Shown here: in pieces, positions 55,826 through 64,000 of the stretch
How positions within the stretch are numbered: position 1 is the stretch's first letter
Layout of the letters: every line of letters starts with the position of its first letter
Origin: an uncultured bacterium
GTDB taxonomy: Bacteria > Patescibacteriota > Minisyncoccia > Phycocordibacterales > CAIRYW01
Assembly (NCBI GenBank): GCA_963766885.1
Contig: CAVYBO010000001.1
Coordinates: forward strand, 132,352-196,351
Direction of reading: 5' to 3'
Length of the DNA: 64,000 nt
Position numbers and translations under genes: made by a program
The notes under the pieces: generated by a model
What the model was told of the DNA's origin: nothing
The model's database searches: none
The model's input: only the letters and a program-made list of their open reading frames with translations

Positions 55826-56917
55826 ATGACTAAAACAAAAATCGCCATCAACGGCGCAGGGCGAATCGGAAGAGCTTTTTATAAACTAGCATCAAAAATA
55901 GAAGATGTTGAGATTGTTGCCATAAACGATTTGGCTGATATCGGCAACATTGCATATCTGCTCAAATACGACAGTGTATATGGCCGAAGCGATCTAGATG
56001 TTAAAGTCGGTGATGATAAAAAAACTCTTTTTATAAACGGAAAAGCTACAAAATATTTAAGTGAAAAAGATCCTGCAAATCTGCCCTGGAAAGATTTGGC
56101 TGTGGACGTGGTACTTGAATCAACAGGGCTTTTTACCAGCCGTGAAAAAGCAGAATTGCACATCAAGGCCGGAGCCAAAAGAGTGGTTATTACAGCGCCT
56201 TCCAAAGACGCAGCTGGCGCTCCGCAAGCCGCAACAATTTTGATGGGTCTTAACGAAGACAGATTCAAAACTTGTCCTGTCACTTCAAACGCATCTTGTA
56301 CAACTAACGCTGCAAGCCCTTTGATGGCGATTTTGGACGAAGCTATTGGAATTGAAAAAGCTGTTTTGAGCACTGTTCACGGATACACCGCATCGCAATC
56401 AATTGTTGATGGTCCGGCCAAAAAAGATTGGAAAGAGGGAAGAGCCGGTGCGCACAATATTGTGCCAACTTCCACAGGAGCTGCAATTGCTGTAACTCTT
56501 GCTCTGCCGCAACTCAAAGACAAATTTGACGGTGTGTCGCTTCGAGTTCCTGTGATTGCAGGATCAATTGTTGATGTGACTTTTATTTCCAAAAGATCGA
56601 CAACAGTTGAAGAAATAAACAATGCACTAAAAGCCGCAGCAACAAATCCAAGATGGCAGAAAGTTTTTTCTGTAACGGATGAGCCTCTTGTTTCATCAGA
56701 CATAATCGGCTCAAATTTTGCATCAATTGCTGATTTAGGATTGACTAGAGTTGTGGATGGAAATTTGGTAAAAGTTTTTGCTTGGTATGACAACGAAATG
56801 GGGTACACCCACGCACTGCTTGTGCACGTACTTGCAGCGGCCGCTGTGCCTTTTGAAATACCTGTTTCTAATCCAGAGCAACCAAAAGACGAAGTAACCA
56901 CTCCAAAATATGCCTAA
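55826..56917 (+). CDS. gap: Glyceraldehyde-3-phosphate dehydrogenase, type I
   Basis: INGAGRIGR, ESTG, NASCTTN, PTSTGAA, WYDNE. Confidence 0.95.
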   Translation: MTKTKIAINGAGRIGRAFYKLASKIEDVEIVAINDLADIGNIAYLLKYDSVYGRSDLDVKVGDDKKTLFINGKATKYLSEKDPANLPWKDLAVDVVLESTGLFTSREKAELHIKAGAKRVVITAPSKDAAGAPQAATILMGLNEDRFKTCPVTSNASCTTNAASPLMAILDEAIGIEKAVLSTVHGYTASQSIVDGPAKKDWKEGRAGAHNIVPTSTGAAIAVTLALPQLKDKFDGVSLRVPVIAGSIVDVTFISKRSTTVEEINNALKAAATNPRWQKVFSVTDEPLVSSDIIGSNFASIADLGLTRVVDGNLVKVFAWYDNEMGYTHALLVHVLAAAAVPFEIPVSNPEQPKDEVTTPKYA

Positions 56918-57356
56918 AATTCTTATTGCTACAGATCATGCTGGTTTTGAACTAAAAGAAAAACTGGTAGTGTTTTTAAAAAGTCTTGGATATGAAGTAG
57001 AGGATTTTGGCGCGCATACTTATGATCCCAAAGATGATTATCCGGATTTTATCGAGCCTTTGGCAAAAGAAATTTCTGCTAATCCAAGCCTCAAAGGAAT
57101 TATTCTTGGCGGCTCAGGAGAAGGCGAAGAAATCGTAGCAAATAGATTCAAAGGTGTCAGGGCGGTTGAATATTACGGCGGCGATTTGAGAGTTATTACT
57201 TTTTCAAGAGAACATAATGATGCAAATGTTTTGTCTCTCGGTGCCAGGTTTTTAAACGAGGAGGATGCAAAGGCGGCGGTAAAATTGTGGCTGGAAACTC
57301 CTTTTTCAGATGAAATCAGGCATATCGGCAGAATTCAAAAAATGGATAATATTTAA
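56910..57356 (+). CDS. rpiB: Ribose-5-phosphate isomerase B
   Basis: DHAGFELK, DYPDF, GGSGEGE, REHNDANVL. Confidence 0.93.
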   Translation: MPKILIATDHAGFELKEKLVVFLKSLGYEVEDFGAHTYDPKDDYPDFIEPLAKEISANPSLKGIILGGSGEGEEIVANRFKGVRAVEYYGGDLRVITFSREHNDANVLSLGARFLNEEDAKAAVKLWLETPFSDEIRHIGRIQKMDNI

Positions 57357-57357
57357 A

Positions 57358-58038
57358 ATGCTTGAAATAATTCCAGCCATACTTCCAAAAAGTTTTGATG
57401 ATTTAAAAAATCATCTTGAACGCATCCAGAGTATTGGCGGTTTTGTGCAAATTGATGTCGTGGACGGCGAGTTTGCAGGCAAACCAAGCTGGCCGTTTGT
57501 TGGGGATGCTGGGCAATGGAGCGCGCTTCGCCGCGAAGAACTAGGATTGCCGTTTTGGGAAGATTTCGATTTTGAAATTGATTTGATGTGTAATGATCCT
57601 TTTGGGTATGTGAAAGACTGGGTTGCGGCGGGAGCAGCAAGAATTGTATTTCATGTTGAGGCAATTAATTTTGACGACGATCAACTGGCTTTTGAGCAGC
57701 TTCGCTCAGAAGGCACGGTGGATATTGGATTTGCTATAAGTATCGGCACAGAAAATGATGTTTTGGATGAATTAATTCCTTATGCAGATTTTATCCAGAT
57801 AATGGGTATTGATCCAATCGGCGCGCAAAAACAGCCTTTTGAAAAGAGGTGTTTAGAAAAAATCCAATTTTTTAGACAGAATTATCCCGAACTTTCAATT
57901 TCTGTTGACGGTGGAATGAATCCGGAAACCGCAGCGCTTGTAATTGATGCGGGCGCAAATCGCATTATTGCAGGATCGTTTATATTTGATTCAGTCGATC
58001 CATGGGAAGCGATAAATGAATTGCAGAGTTTGGTATAA
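57358..58038 (+). CDS. rpe: Ribulose-phosphate 3-epimerase family protein
   Basis: PAIL, QIDVVDG, IDLM, FHVE, VDGG, AGS; pentose-phosphate context. Confidence 0.82.
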   Translation: MLEIIPAILPKSFDDLKNHLERIQSIGGFVQIDVVDGEFAGKPSWPFVGDAGQWSALRREELGLPFWEDFDFEIDLMCNDPFGYVKDWVAAGAARIVFHVEAINFDDDQLAFEQLRSEGTVDIGFAISIGTENDVLDELIPYADFIQIMGIDPIGAQKQPFEKRCLEKIQFFRQNYPELSISVDGGMNPETAALVIDAGANRIIAGSFIFDSVDPWEAINELQSLV

Positions 58039-58057
58039 TTCAGCAGTATAAATCAGA

Positions 58058-58927
58058 ATGGAAACACTGACAGACGCAAAAATAAAATTTCTGGAAGAGA
58101 CTGCCAACAATATCCGCCAGTCGATTATTGAAATGCTTTTGGAGGCGGGAAGCGGGCATACAGCTGGACCATTAGGGATGGCGGATGTTTTTACAGCACT
58201 GTTTTTTCATTGCTTGAAGCATGATTCCAAGAATCCGTTTTGGCAAGACCGCGACAGGGTAGTGCTTTCTAATGGCCACATTTGCCCAGTTTATTACGCT
58301 ACACTTGCTCACGCTGGATATTTGCCGATTGAAGAATTAAAAACTTTGCGAAAATTTGGCAGCCGACTGCAAGGTCATCCACACAGAGAGTTTTTGGATA
58401 TTTTGGAGACAAGCTCTGGGCCTTTAGGTTGCGGACTTTCTCAGGCTGTTGGAATGGCTTTGGCGGATAGGATGCAAAACGGGGTCTCTAGCGGCAAACA
58501 ATTTTACGCACTACTTAGCGATGGAGAACACGACGAAGGTAATATTTGGGAAGCCTATCTTTTGGCTGGCAAAGAAAAATTGCAAAATCTGACGATAATA
58601 ATTGATAGAAATAATATTCAAATTGACGGCTACACCGAAAATATTATGCCATTAGAAAATTTTAGAAATAAAATCGAGGCTTTTAATATGCATGTTCAAG
58701 AAATCGATGGCAATGATATGAGGCAGATTGTTGAGGCCATAGGCCGCGCGCAGGCGGAATTTAGTAAGCCGTCAGTAATAATTGCAAACACTATTCCCGG
58801 CAAAGGTGTTGCGGAATTTGAGCGCAAATACGAGTGGCACGGCAAACCGCCAAATAAGGAAGAGGCAGAAATGGCACTCAAGGAGCTTAGAACTTTGGGT
58901 GGCAAAATAAGAAGCGAACATGAATAA
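58058..58927 (+). CDS. Transketolase, N-terminal (ThDP-binding) subunit
   Basis: SGHTAG, DRVVLSNGH, LQGHP, SGPLG, SDGEHDEG. Confidence 0.93.
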   Translation: METLTDAKIKFLEETANNIRQSIIEMLLEAGSGHTAGPLGMADVFTALFFHCLKHDSKNPFWQDRDRVVLSNGHICPVYYATLAHAGYLPIEELKTLRKFGSRLQGHPHREFLDILETSSGPLGCGLSQAVGMALADRMQNGVSSGKQFYALLSDGEHDEGNIWEAYLLAGKEKLQNLTIIIDRNNIQIDGYTENIMPLENFRNKIEAFNMHVQEIDGNDMRQIVEAIGRAQAEFSKPSVIIANTIPGKGVAEFERKYEWHGKPPNKEEAEMALKELRTLGGKIRSEHE

Positions 58928-59909
58928 GAATCTAAATCCAAAAATATTTGATAAAGATGTTGAACAAGTGCCAATCCGCAAAGGTTTTGGCGAAGGACTT
59001 TTGATTGCGGGTGGTAAGGACTAAAAAATCGTGGCTCTTTGCGCGGATCTGACAGAATCCACGCAGATGAATCTTTTCAGGGATAAATTTCCGGAACGAT
59101 TTGTAGAAATCGGCGTGGCAGAACAAAACTTGGCTGCAGTGGCTAGCGGAATGGCAGCGATGGGAATGATGCCTGTGATTTCCTCTTATGCGATGTTTAG
59201 TCCTGGAAGAAACTGGGAGCAGATCCGGACCACAATTGCCTACAACAACAGAAAAGTTTTGATTGCAGGAAGCCACGCTGGAGTGTCTGTGGGTCCAGAT
59301 GGCGGCACGCACCAAGCAGTTGAAGACATTGCAATCACGCGTGTAATTCCAAATATGACAGTAATTTCTCCGTGCGACGCCATTGAAGCTAGAAAGGCCA
59401 CGATTGCGGCGTTGAGTAGTAAAATCAAGACACCTGTGTATTTGAGGCTTGCTCGCGAAAAAACCCCAATCATTACAACAGAAGATTCGGAGTTTGAAAT
59501 TGGCAAAGCGGAAGTTTTATATGAGTCAGACAAACCGGAGGTGGCAATAATTGCAACCGGAGCATTAGTTTACAAAGCATTAGTTGCAGCCAAAGAAATG
59601 GAAGAAAATGATGGAGTGGGTTCAATTGTTATTAACCTCCACACAATCAAACCGATTGATGAAAAAACCATTATTGAAGCGGCTCAAAAATGTGGAGCAG
59701 TGGTGACAGTAGAAGAGCATCAAGTGGCCGGAGGGATGGGTTCTGCAGTTGCGGAAGTTTTGGCCAAGAATTTTCCCGTGCCAGTAGAATTTGTTGGCGT
59801 TCAAAATGTATTTGGTCAATCAGGTACTCCTGAAGAATTGATTGAACACTACGGAATGGGAGTTAGGGCGATACAAGAAGCTGTTTCAAAAGTAATTTCT
59901 AGAAAATAA
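58920..59909 (+). pseudogene. Transketolase C-terminal subunit with an in-frame TAA at 59022-24 (true lesion or sequence error)
   Basis: MNKNLNPKIF...IRKGFGEGLLIAGGKD*KIVALCADL continues in frame into GVAEQN and DGGTHQ. Confidence 0.85.
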
Positions 59910-59918
59910 TTATTTATA

Positions 59919-60143
59919 TTAAAGCCGAGGTTTTCCTAGTTTGGTTTTAATTCTTGTTATTCCTTGCTGCACTTCTTCTAAAAGTCTTTTGGATCTTGGA
60001 TTATTATTTTTTATAAGGCCAAGAAGCCTTATTACTTCTCGGATTTCATGGTTAAGTTCCTCGTCAGAATTAGATTTTTTTAAAGATCCCAGTCGGTCAG
60101 ATATAGGATTATAAGATTCTTTTTTTATATTGCCTTGTTCCAT
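59919..60143 (-). CDS. Hypothetical small helical protein
   Basis: 74-aa ORF directly downstream of thrS. Confidence 0.55.
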   Translation of the reverse strand: MEQGNIKKESYNPISDRLGSLKKSNSDEELNHEIREVIRLLGLIKNNNPRSKRLLEEVQQGITRIKTKLGKPRL

Positions 60144-60155
60144 CGAGTTTTTTTA

Positions 60156-61922
60156 TTAAATTTTCCTTGATTTTATTTCTTCCGTCAAGAGCACAATTGC
60201 CTTTTCAACCGGCATTACGCCAAGTGAGCCAGTTCTTTTTTCCAAAGTAACAGAATTATCTTCCACTTCTTTTTTGCCAATTACTGCCAGGTATGGAATC
60301 TTTCCCACTTTGGCCTCACGGATTTTTTTGCCCAAAGTTTCGCTGTCCTTGTTTATTTCAAATCTGATATTATTTTCTTCCAAAAGTTTTCCAAATTTCT
60401 CTGCAAATTCAATTTCTGCTTCTCCGATCGGTAAAATTTTGACCTGCACCGGCGCAAGCCAAAGCGGGAAGTGTCCAGCAAAGTGTTCAATAAGAAAACC
60501 AATAAATCTTTCATGCGTGCCAAGCGGCGCGCGATGAATGACCGCTGGGATTTTTTTCTTGCCATCCGAGTCTGTGTATTCAAGACCAAAAGCTTTGCCC
60601 ATATAAAGATCTAATTGATTAGTAGAAGCGGTAAACATACGGCCGGTTGAGGAACGAATTTGGAAGTCCATTTTTGGCCCGTAAAAAGCAGCACCTTCAT
60701 TTACGATTGTGTAAGGAACACCAGATTTCTCCATTGCCTCAATAGTCATCTGTTCCGCTTCTTTCCAATCGTTTTCATCGCCGTGGTATTTGTCTAATTT
60801 TTTAGGATCACGAAGAGCAAGTTCCATCTGGTAATCGTTGATACCAAGTATTTTGTAATAATATTCGTGGAGTTTGATGACGTTTACAAATTCTTCCACA
60901 GCTTTTTCCTTCTGGATATAGATATGAGCGTCATTCATTTGCATGCCTCGAACGCGCATCAAGCCGAAAAGACTTCCAGAGTCTTCGTAGCGATGACACC
61001 AGCCGTATTCAGCAAGTCTGACAGGTAAATCTTTGTAGCTTTTTGGTCTTGCGGCAAAAGTTTTGTGATGGAAAGGGCAGTTCATTGGTTTGATGTAATA
61101 GTTTTCTTCTTCAATTACAATCGGTGCGTACATTGAATCTTTATAAAGAGGCAAGTGTCCGGAAGTATAAAAGAGATTTTCTTTTGTAATTATCGGTGTT
61201 GTTACGCGCTGGTAACCCCATTTTCTTTCGGTTTCTTTTGCCCATTCTTCAATCTCTTCTTTGATGATATTTCCTTTTGGAAGCCAAATTGGAAGGCCTT
61301 TGCCGATCGATTCATCAAAGTGAAAAAGATCCAATTCCTGTCCAAGCTTTCGATGATCTCTTTTTTCTGCTTCAGCTTGTTGTTTTTCGTAAGCATCCAG
61401 TTCTTCTTTTGTATCAAAAGCTAGTCCGTAAATACGAGTTAGCATTTTCTTTTTTTCATCTCCGCGCCAGTATGCTCCAGCAACGCGGGATAATTTGAAA
61501 GAATCAGAAGAGATTTCCTTTGCTGGAAATTCAGTGTGCCCGCCGCGGCAAAGATCGGTAAAGTTATTGCAAGTATAAAATGTTATTTTCTCACCCTTGG
61601 AAACAATTTCATCAATAAGTTCAAGTTTGTATGGATTATTTTTGAAATATTCTTTTGCTTCCTTTTCCGTTTTTTCTTCGTGAGAAAATTCCTTCCAATT
61701 ATTGATTTGCTTTCGCATTTCTTTTTGGATGTCTTTGAGATTTTCTTCGTTAATTGGAGTTTTGAATTCAAAATCGTAATAAAAACCGTTGTCTATTGTA
61801 GGACCTATTGTGTTTAGAGTTTCTGGATAAAGCTTCAATACTGCAGAGGCCAAAAGGTGGGCCAATGTATGCCGCTTATGCTCTAGCATTTCTTTGAGTT
61901 CTTTATTGTCTTTCATATTCAT
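60156..61922 (-). CDS. thrS: Threonyl-tRNA synthetase (short form without the N-terminal TGS domain)
   Basis: RHTLAH, DLCRGGH, RDHRKLG, KPMNCP, RVRG, AFYGPK, IHRA. Confidence 0.97.
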   Translation of the reverse strand: MNMKDNKELKEMLEHKRHTLAHLLASAVLKLYPETLNTIGPTIDNGFYYDFEFKTPINEENLKDIQKEMRKQINNWKEFSHEEKTEKEAKEYFKNNPYKLELIDEIVSKGEKITFYTCNNFTDLCRGGHTEFPAKEISSDSFKLSRVAGAYWRGDEKKKMLTRIYGLAFDTKEELDAYEKQQAEAEKRDHRKLGQELDLFHFDESIGKGLPIWLPKGNIIKEEIEEWAKETERKWGYQRVTTPIITKENLFYTSGHLPLYKDSMYAPIVIEEENYYIKPMNCPFHHKTFAARPKSYKDLPVRLAEYGWCHRYEDSGSLFGLMRVRGMQMNDAHIYIQKEKAVEEFVNVIKLHEYYYKILGINDYQMELALRDPKKLDKYHGDENDWKEAEQMTIEAMEKSGVPYTIVNEGAAFYGPKMDFQIRSSTGRMFTASTNQLDLYMGKAFGLEYTDSDGKKKIPAVIHRAPLGTHERFIGFLIEHFAGHFPLWLAPVQVKILPIGEAEIEFAEKFGKLLEENNIRFEINKDSETLGKKIREAKVGKIPYLAVIGKKEVEDNSVTLEKRTGSLGVMPVEKAIVLLTEEIKSRKI

Positions 61923-61954
61923 AAAGGATAGATTATCACAATAATACAAATATT

Positions 61955-64000
61955 TTAAACAGACCTTATCTTATCTGCCACGATGCTCAAGGAATTATTG
62001 CGGTTTGAAATTTTACCCTCGATTGCCAGGCATTTTTCACTTGTGATTTTGCCTTTCATATCTTCGTATAATCCATTAAAAATCACTACTTCTATTGAAG
62101 AAGAAAAATCTGAAACTGTCAGAAACGCCATCAGCTCATTTTTTTTGGTTCTGATTTCTTTTATTTCTCCTGGAACTCCGATGACTAAAACTTTAGTTCC
62201 TTCTTTTGCGGTCTTAACTTTTTCAATGGAAATATCTTTTTGAATCATTTTGTCTTTCAGCCTGTCCAAAGGATGTCCAGAAATAAATAATCCCAGCAGT
62301 TCTTTTTCCCAGCCTAGCTTTTCACTTTGAGTTGCGTTTGGAGCTTCTTTCATTTGAATTGATCCTCCAGAAGAACCAAAAAGTGAATCTTGATTTTTGG
62401 CTTTGCCGTGAATTTCCTTATTGAATGTAAGCAGGTTTTCTAGATTTGCCAAAAGCACTCCGCGGTCTGCAAATTCATCAAGAGATCCGCTTTTAATCAG
62501 TGCTTCAAGGGATTTTTTGTTTAGATTTTTGTCGCCGATGCGTGTCAAAAAATCTTCAACAGAAGCAAACTTGCCGTTTTGTTTTCTTTCTTCAATTATT
62601 GTTGCTCCAATTCCTTCACCGAAGTTTTTGATTGATGTTAATCCGAAACGGATCTCTTCTCTCCCTGATTCATTTTTGACAACTGTAAAAACTCCAAAAC
62701 TTTCATTGACACTTGGTGGCAGCACTTCAATTCCTGTTCTTTTGCATTCCTTCACGGATTCTGCAACTTTATCCACGTCTCCAGCTTCGTGAGTCAAAAC
62801 GCTTGCCATATATTCCGCGGGGAAATTGGCTTTCAAATATGCCGTGATGTACGCTACCCAACCATAAGAAACGGAGTGGGCTTTGTTGAATCCATACGCA
62901 GCAAATGGTTCAATCCAACCCCAGATTTCTTTGGCCTTTTCCTTGCTCCAGCCGGAATGCTCGGTACATCCTTTGATGAATTTTTCTTTTTGCTCGGCCA
63001 TTTCTTTGGGAATTTTTTTGCCCACAGCTTTTCGGAATTTATCCACCTCGCCCCAAGAATATCCGGCCAAATTGTGCGCCATCATCAAAAGGTCGTCTTG
63101 GTAGACAAGAATCCCATATGTTTTTTGAAGGATCGGTTCAAGGGCTGGATCAAGATATATAATTTTTGAAGGATCGTGCTTTCGGGAAATGTATTCGGGG
63201 ATAAATTGAATTGGTCCTGGACGATAAAGCGCCACCATCGCGTTGATGTCGTGGATAGTTGTTGGTTTGAGATCAATCAGAAACTTCGTCATGCCTTCAC
63301 CGTTTAACTGAAATGTGTCGGCGGTTTCTCCGCGCGCAAGCATTTCAAAAGTTTTTTTATCATCAATTGGAATGGTATCAACATCCAAGTCTATATTTTT
63401 TAATTTTTTAACCAAGTTTATGGTGTCAGATACTATTGAAAGATTTTTCAGGCCAAGAAAATCAAATTTAAGAAGTCCGATCCCTCCATATTCATCTGTT
63501 ATGGAATACATATCATACTGGGTGATGATTTTATTTTCACCTTTTGTATCAAACTGAAGGGGAGTAAAGTCAATCAAAGGAGTAGGAGCCATCACCACTC
63601 CTGCGGCGTGCACAGAAATATGGCGAGCAGAGCCTTCAATTTTCTTAGCCATATCAATTATCCTTTTTGTGTCTTCTTCTTTTTTATACGCTTCGGCAAG
63701 TTCAGGAGTAATTTCTAAAGCGTGTTCAATAGTCATTGGAAATCCCTGGCTGCCCATTGGAATCATTTTGGATATTCTGTCGCCCGTGGCCACAGAATAT
63801 CCAAGCGCTCTTGCTACGTCGCGAACAGAACCTCTTGCCGCCATTGTTCCGAATGTTCCAATCTGGGCCACTTTATCCGCGCCGTATTTTTGTTTGGCGT
63901 ATTCCACCATTTCATCGCGCCTGTCATCAGCAAAGTCCATATCAATATCTGGAGCGCTCGGTCTGTCTGGGTTTAGAAATCTTTCAAAAGGAATTTCGTA
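61955..64000 (-). CDS. dnaE: DNA polymerase III alpha subunit (5' part lies outside the window)
   Basis: PDIDMDF, HAAGVV, KFDFLGL, LYRPGP, YGFNKAH, C-terminal OB fold. Confidence 0.97.
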   Translation of the reverse strand, partial: YEIPFERFLNPDRPSAPDIDMDFADDRRDEMVEYAKQKYGADKVAQIGTFGTMAARGSVRDVARALGYSVATGDRISKMIPMGSQGFPMTIEHALEITPELAEAYKKEEDTKRIIDMAKKIEGSARHISVHAAGVVMAPTPLIDFTPLQFDTKGENKIITQYDMYSITDEYGGIGLLKFDFLGLKNLSIVSDTINLVKKLKNIDLDVDTIPIDDKKTFEMLARGETADTFQLNGEGMTKFLIDLKPTTIHDINAMVALYRPGPIQFIPEYISRKHDPSKIIYLDPALEPILQKTYGILVYQDDLLMMAHNLAGYSWGEVDKFRKAVGKKIPKEMAEQKEKFIKGCTEHSGWSKEKAKEIWGWIEPFAAYGFNKAHSVSYGWVAYITAYLKANFPAEYMASVLTHEAGDVDKVAESVKECKRTGIEVLPPSVNESFGVFTVVKNESGREEIRFGLTSIKNFGEGIGATIIEERKQNGKFASVEDFLTRIGDKNLNKKSLEALIKSGSLDEFADRGVLLANLENLLTFNKEIHGKAKNQDSLFGSSGGSIQMKEAPNATQSEKLGWEKELLGLFISGHPLDRLKDKMIQKDISIEKVKTAKEGTKVLVIGVPGEIKEIRTKKNELMAFLTVSDFSSSIEVVIFNGLYEDMKGKITSEKCLAIEGKISNRNNSLSIVADKIRSV

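Noticed and set aside
59022-59024. Alternative genetic code
   Set aside because: TAA, TAG and TGA all end intact genes in this window, and no in-frame TGA is seen in conserved genes

Overview
AT-rich bacterial chromosome segment in the standard genetic code (TGA is used as a stop). Gene content, stand-alone housekeeping genes and near-leaderless promoters suggest a Patescibacteria (CPR), Parcubacteria-like organism; this is an inference. Layout: 0.3-21 kb is a cell-envelope cluster (several GT4s, a GT2, GtrA, two GT-C enzymes, Wzx, an O-antigen-ligase/TPR protein, murD, murC, murB). 21.3-24.4 kb is a Fur/Zur-regulated metal ABC operon with a frameshifted ATPase. 24.5-34 kb is accessory (MBL hydrolase, SDR, ADP-ribosylglycohydrolase, orphan ECF sigma, DHFR-like, DUF4145, RusA-like, several microproteins). 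The rest holds secA, two GH130 genes, an ABC-2 exporter, MYG1, obgE, gatB, a sulfotransferase + two glycosyltransferase-like genes + a giant Cys-sprinkled beta-roll fibre with an S74 chaperone, gap/rpiB/rpe/split transketolase, thrS and a partial dnaE. No rRNA, tRNA, CRISPR array, transposase or reverse transcriptase was recognised. Most notable: (1) a 53-nt covarying palindromic element inserted in frame in secA (1 copy) and gatB (2 inverted copies); (2) the fibre and modification-enzyme locus; (3) a small RNA upstream of murB that is complementary to the loop of a 20-bp leader hairpin; (4) a 23-aa Lys-rich micropeptide with its own transcription unit.
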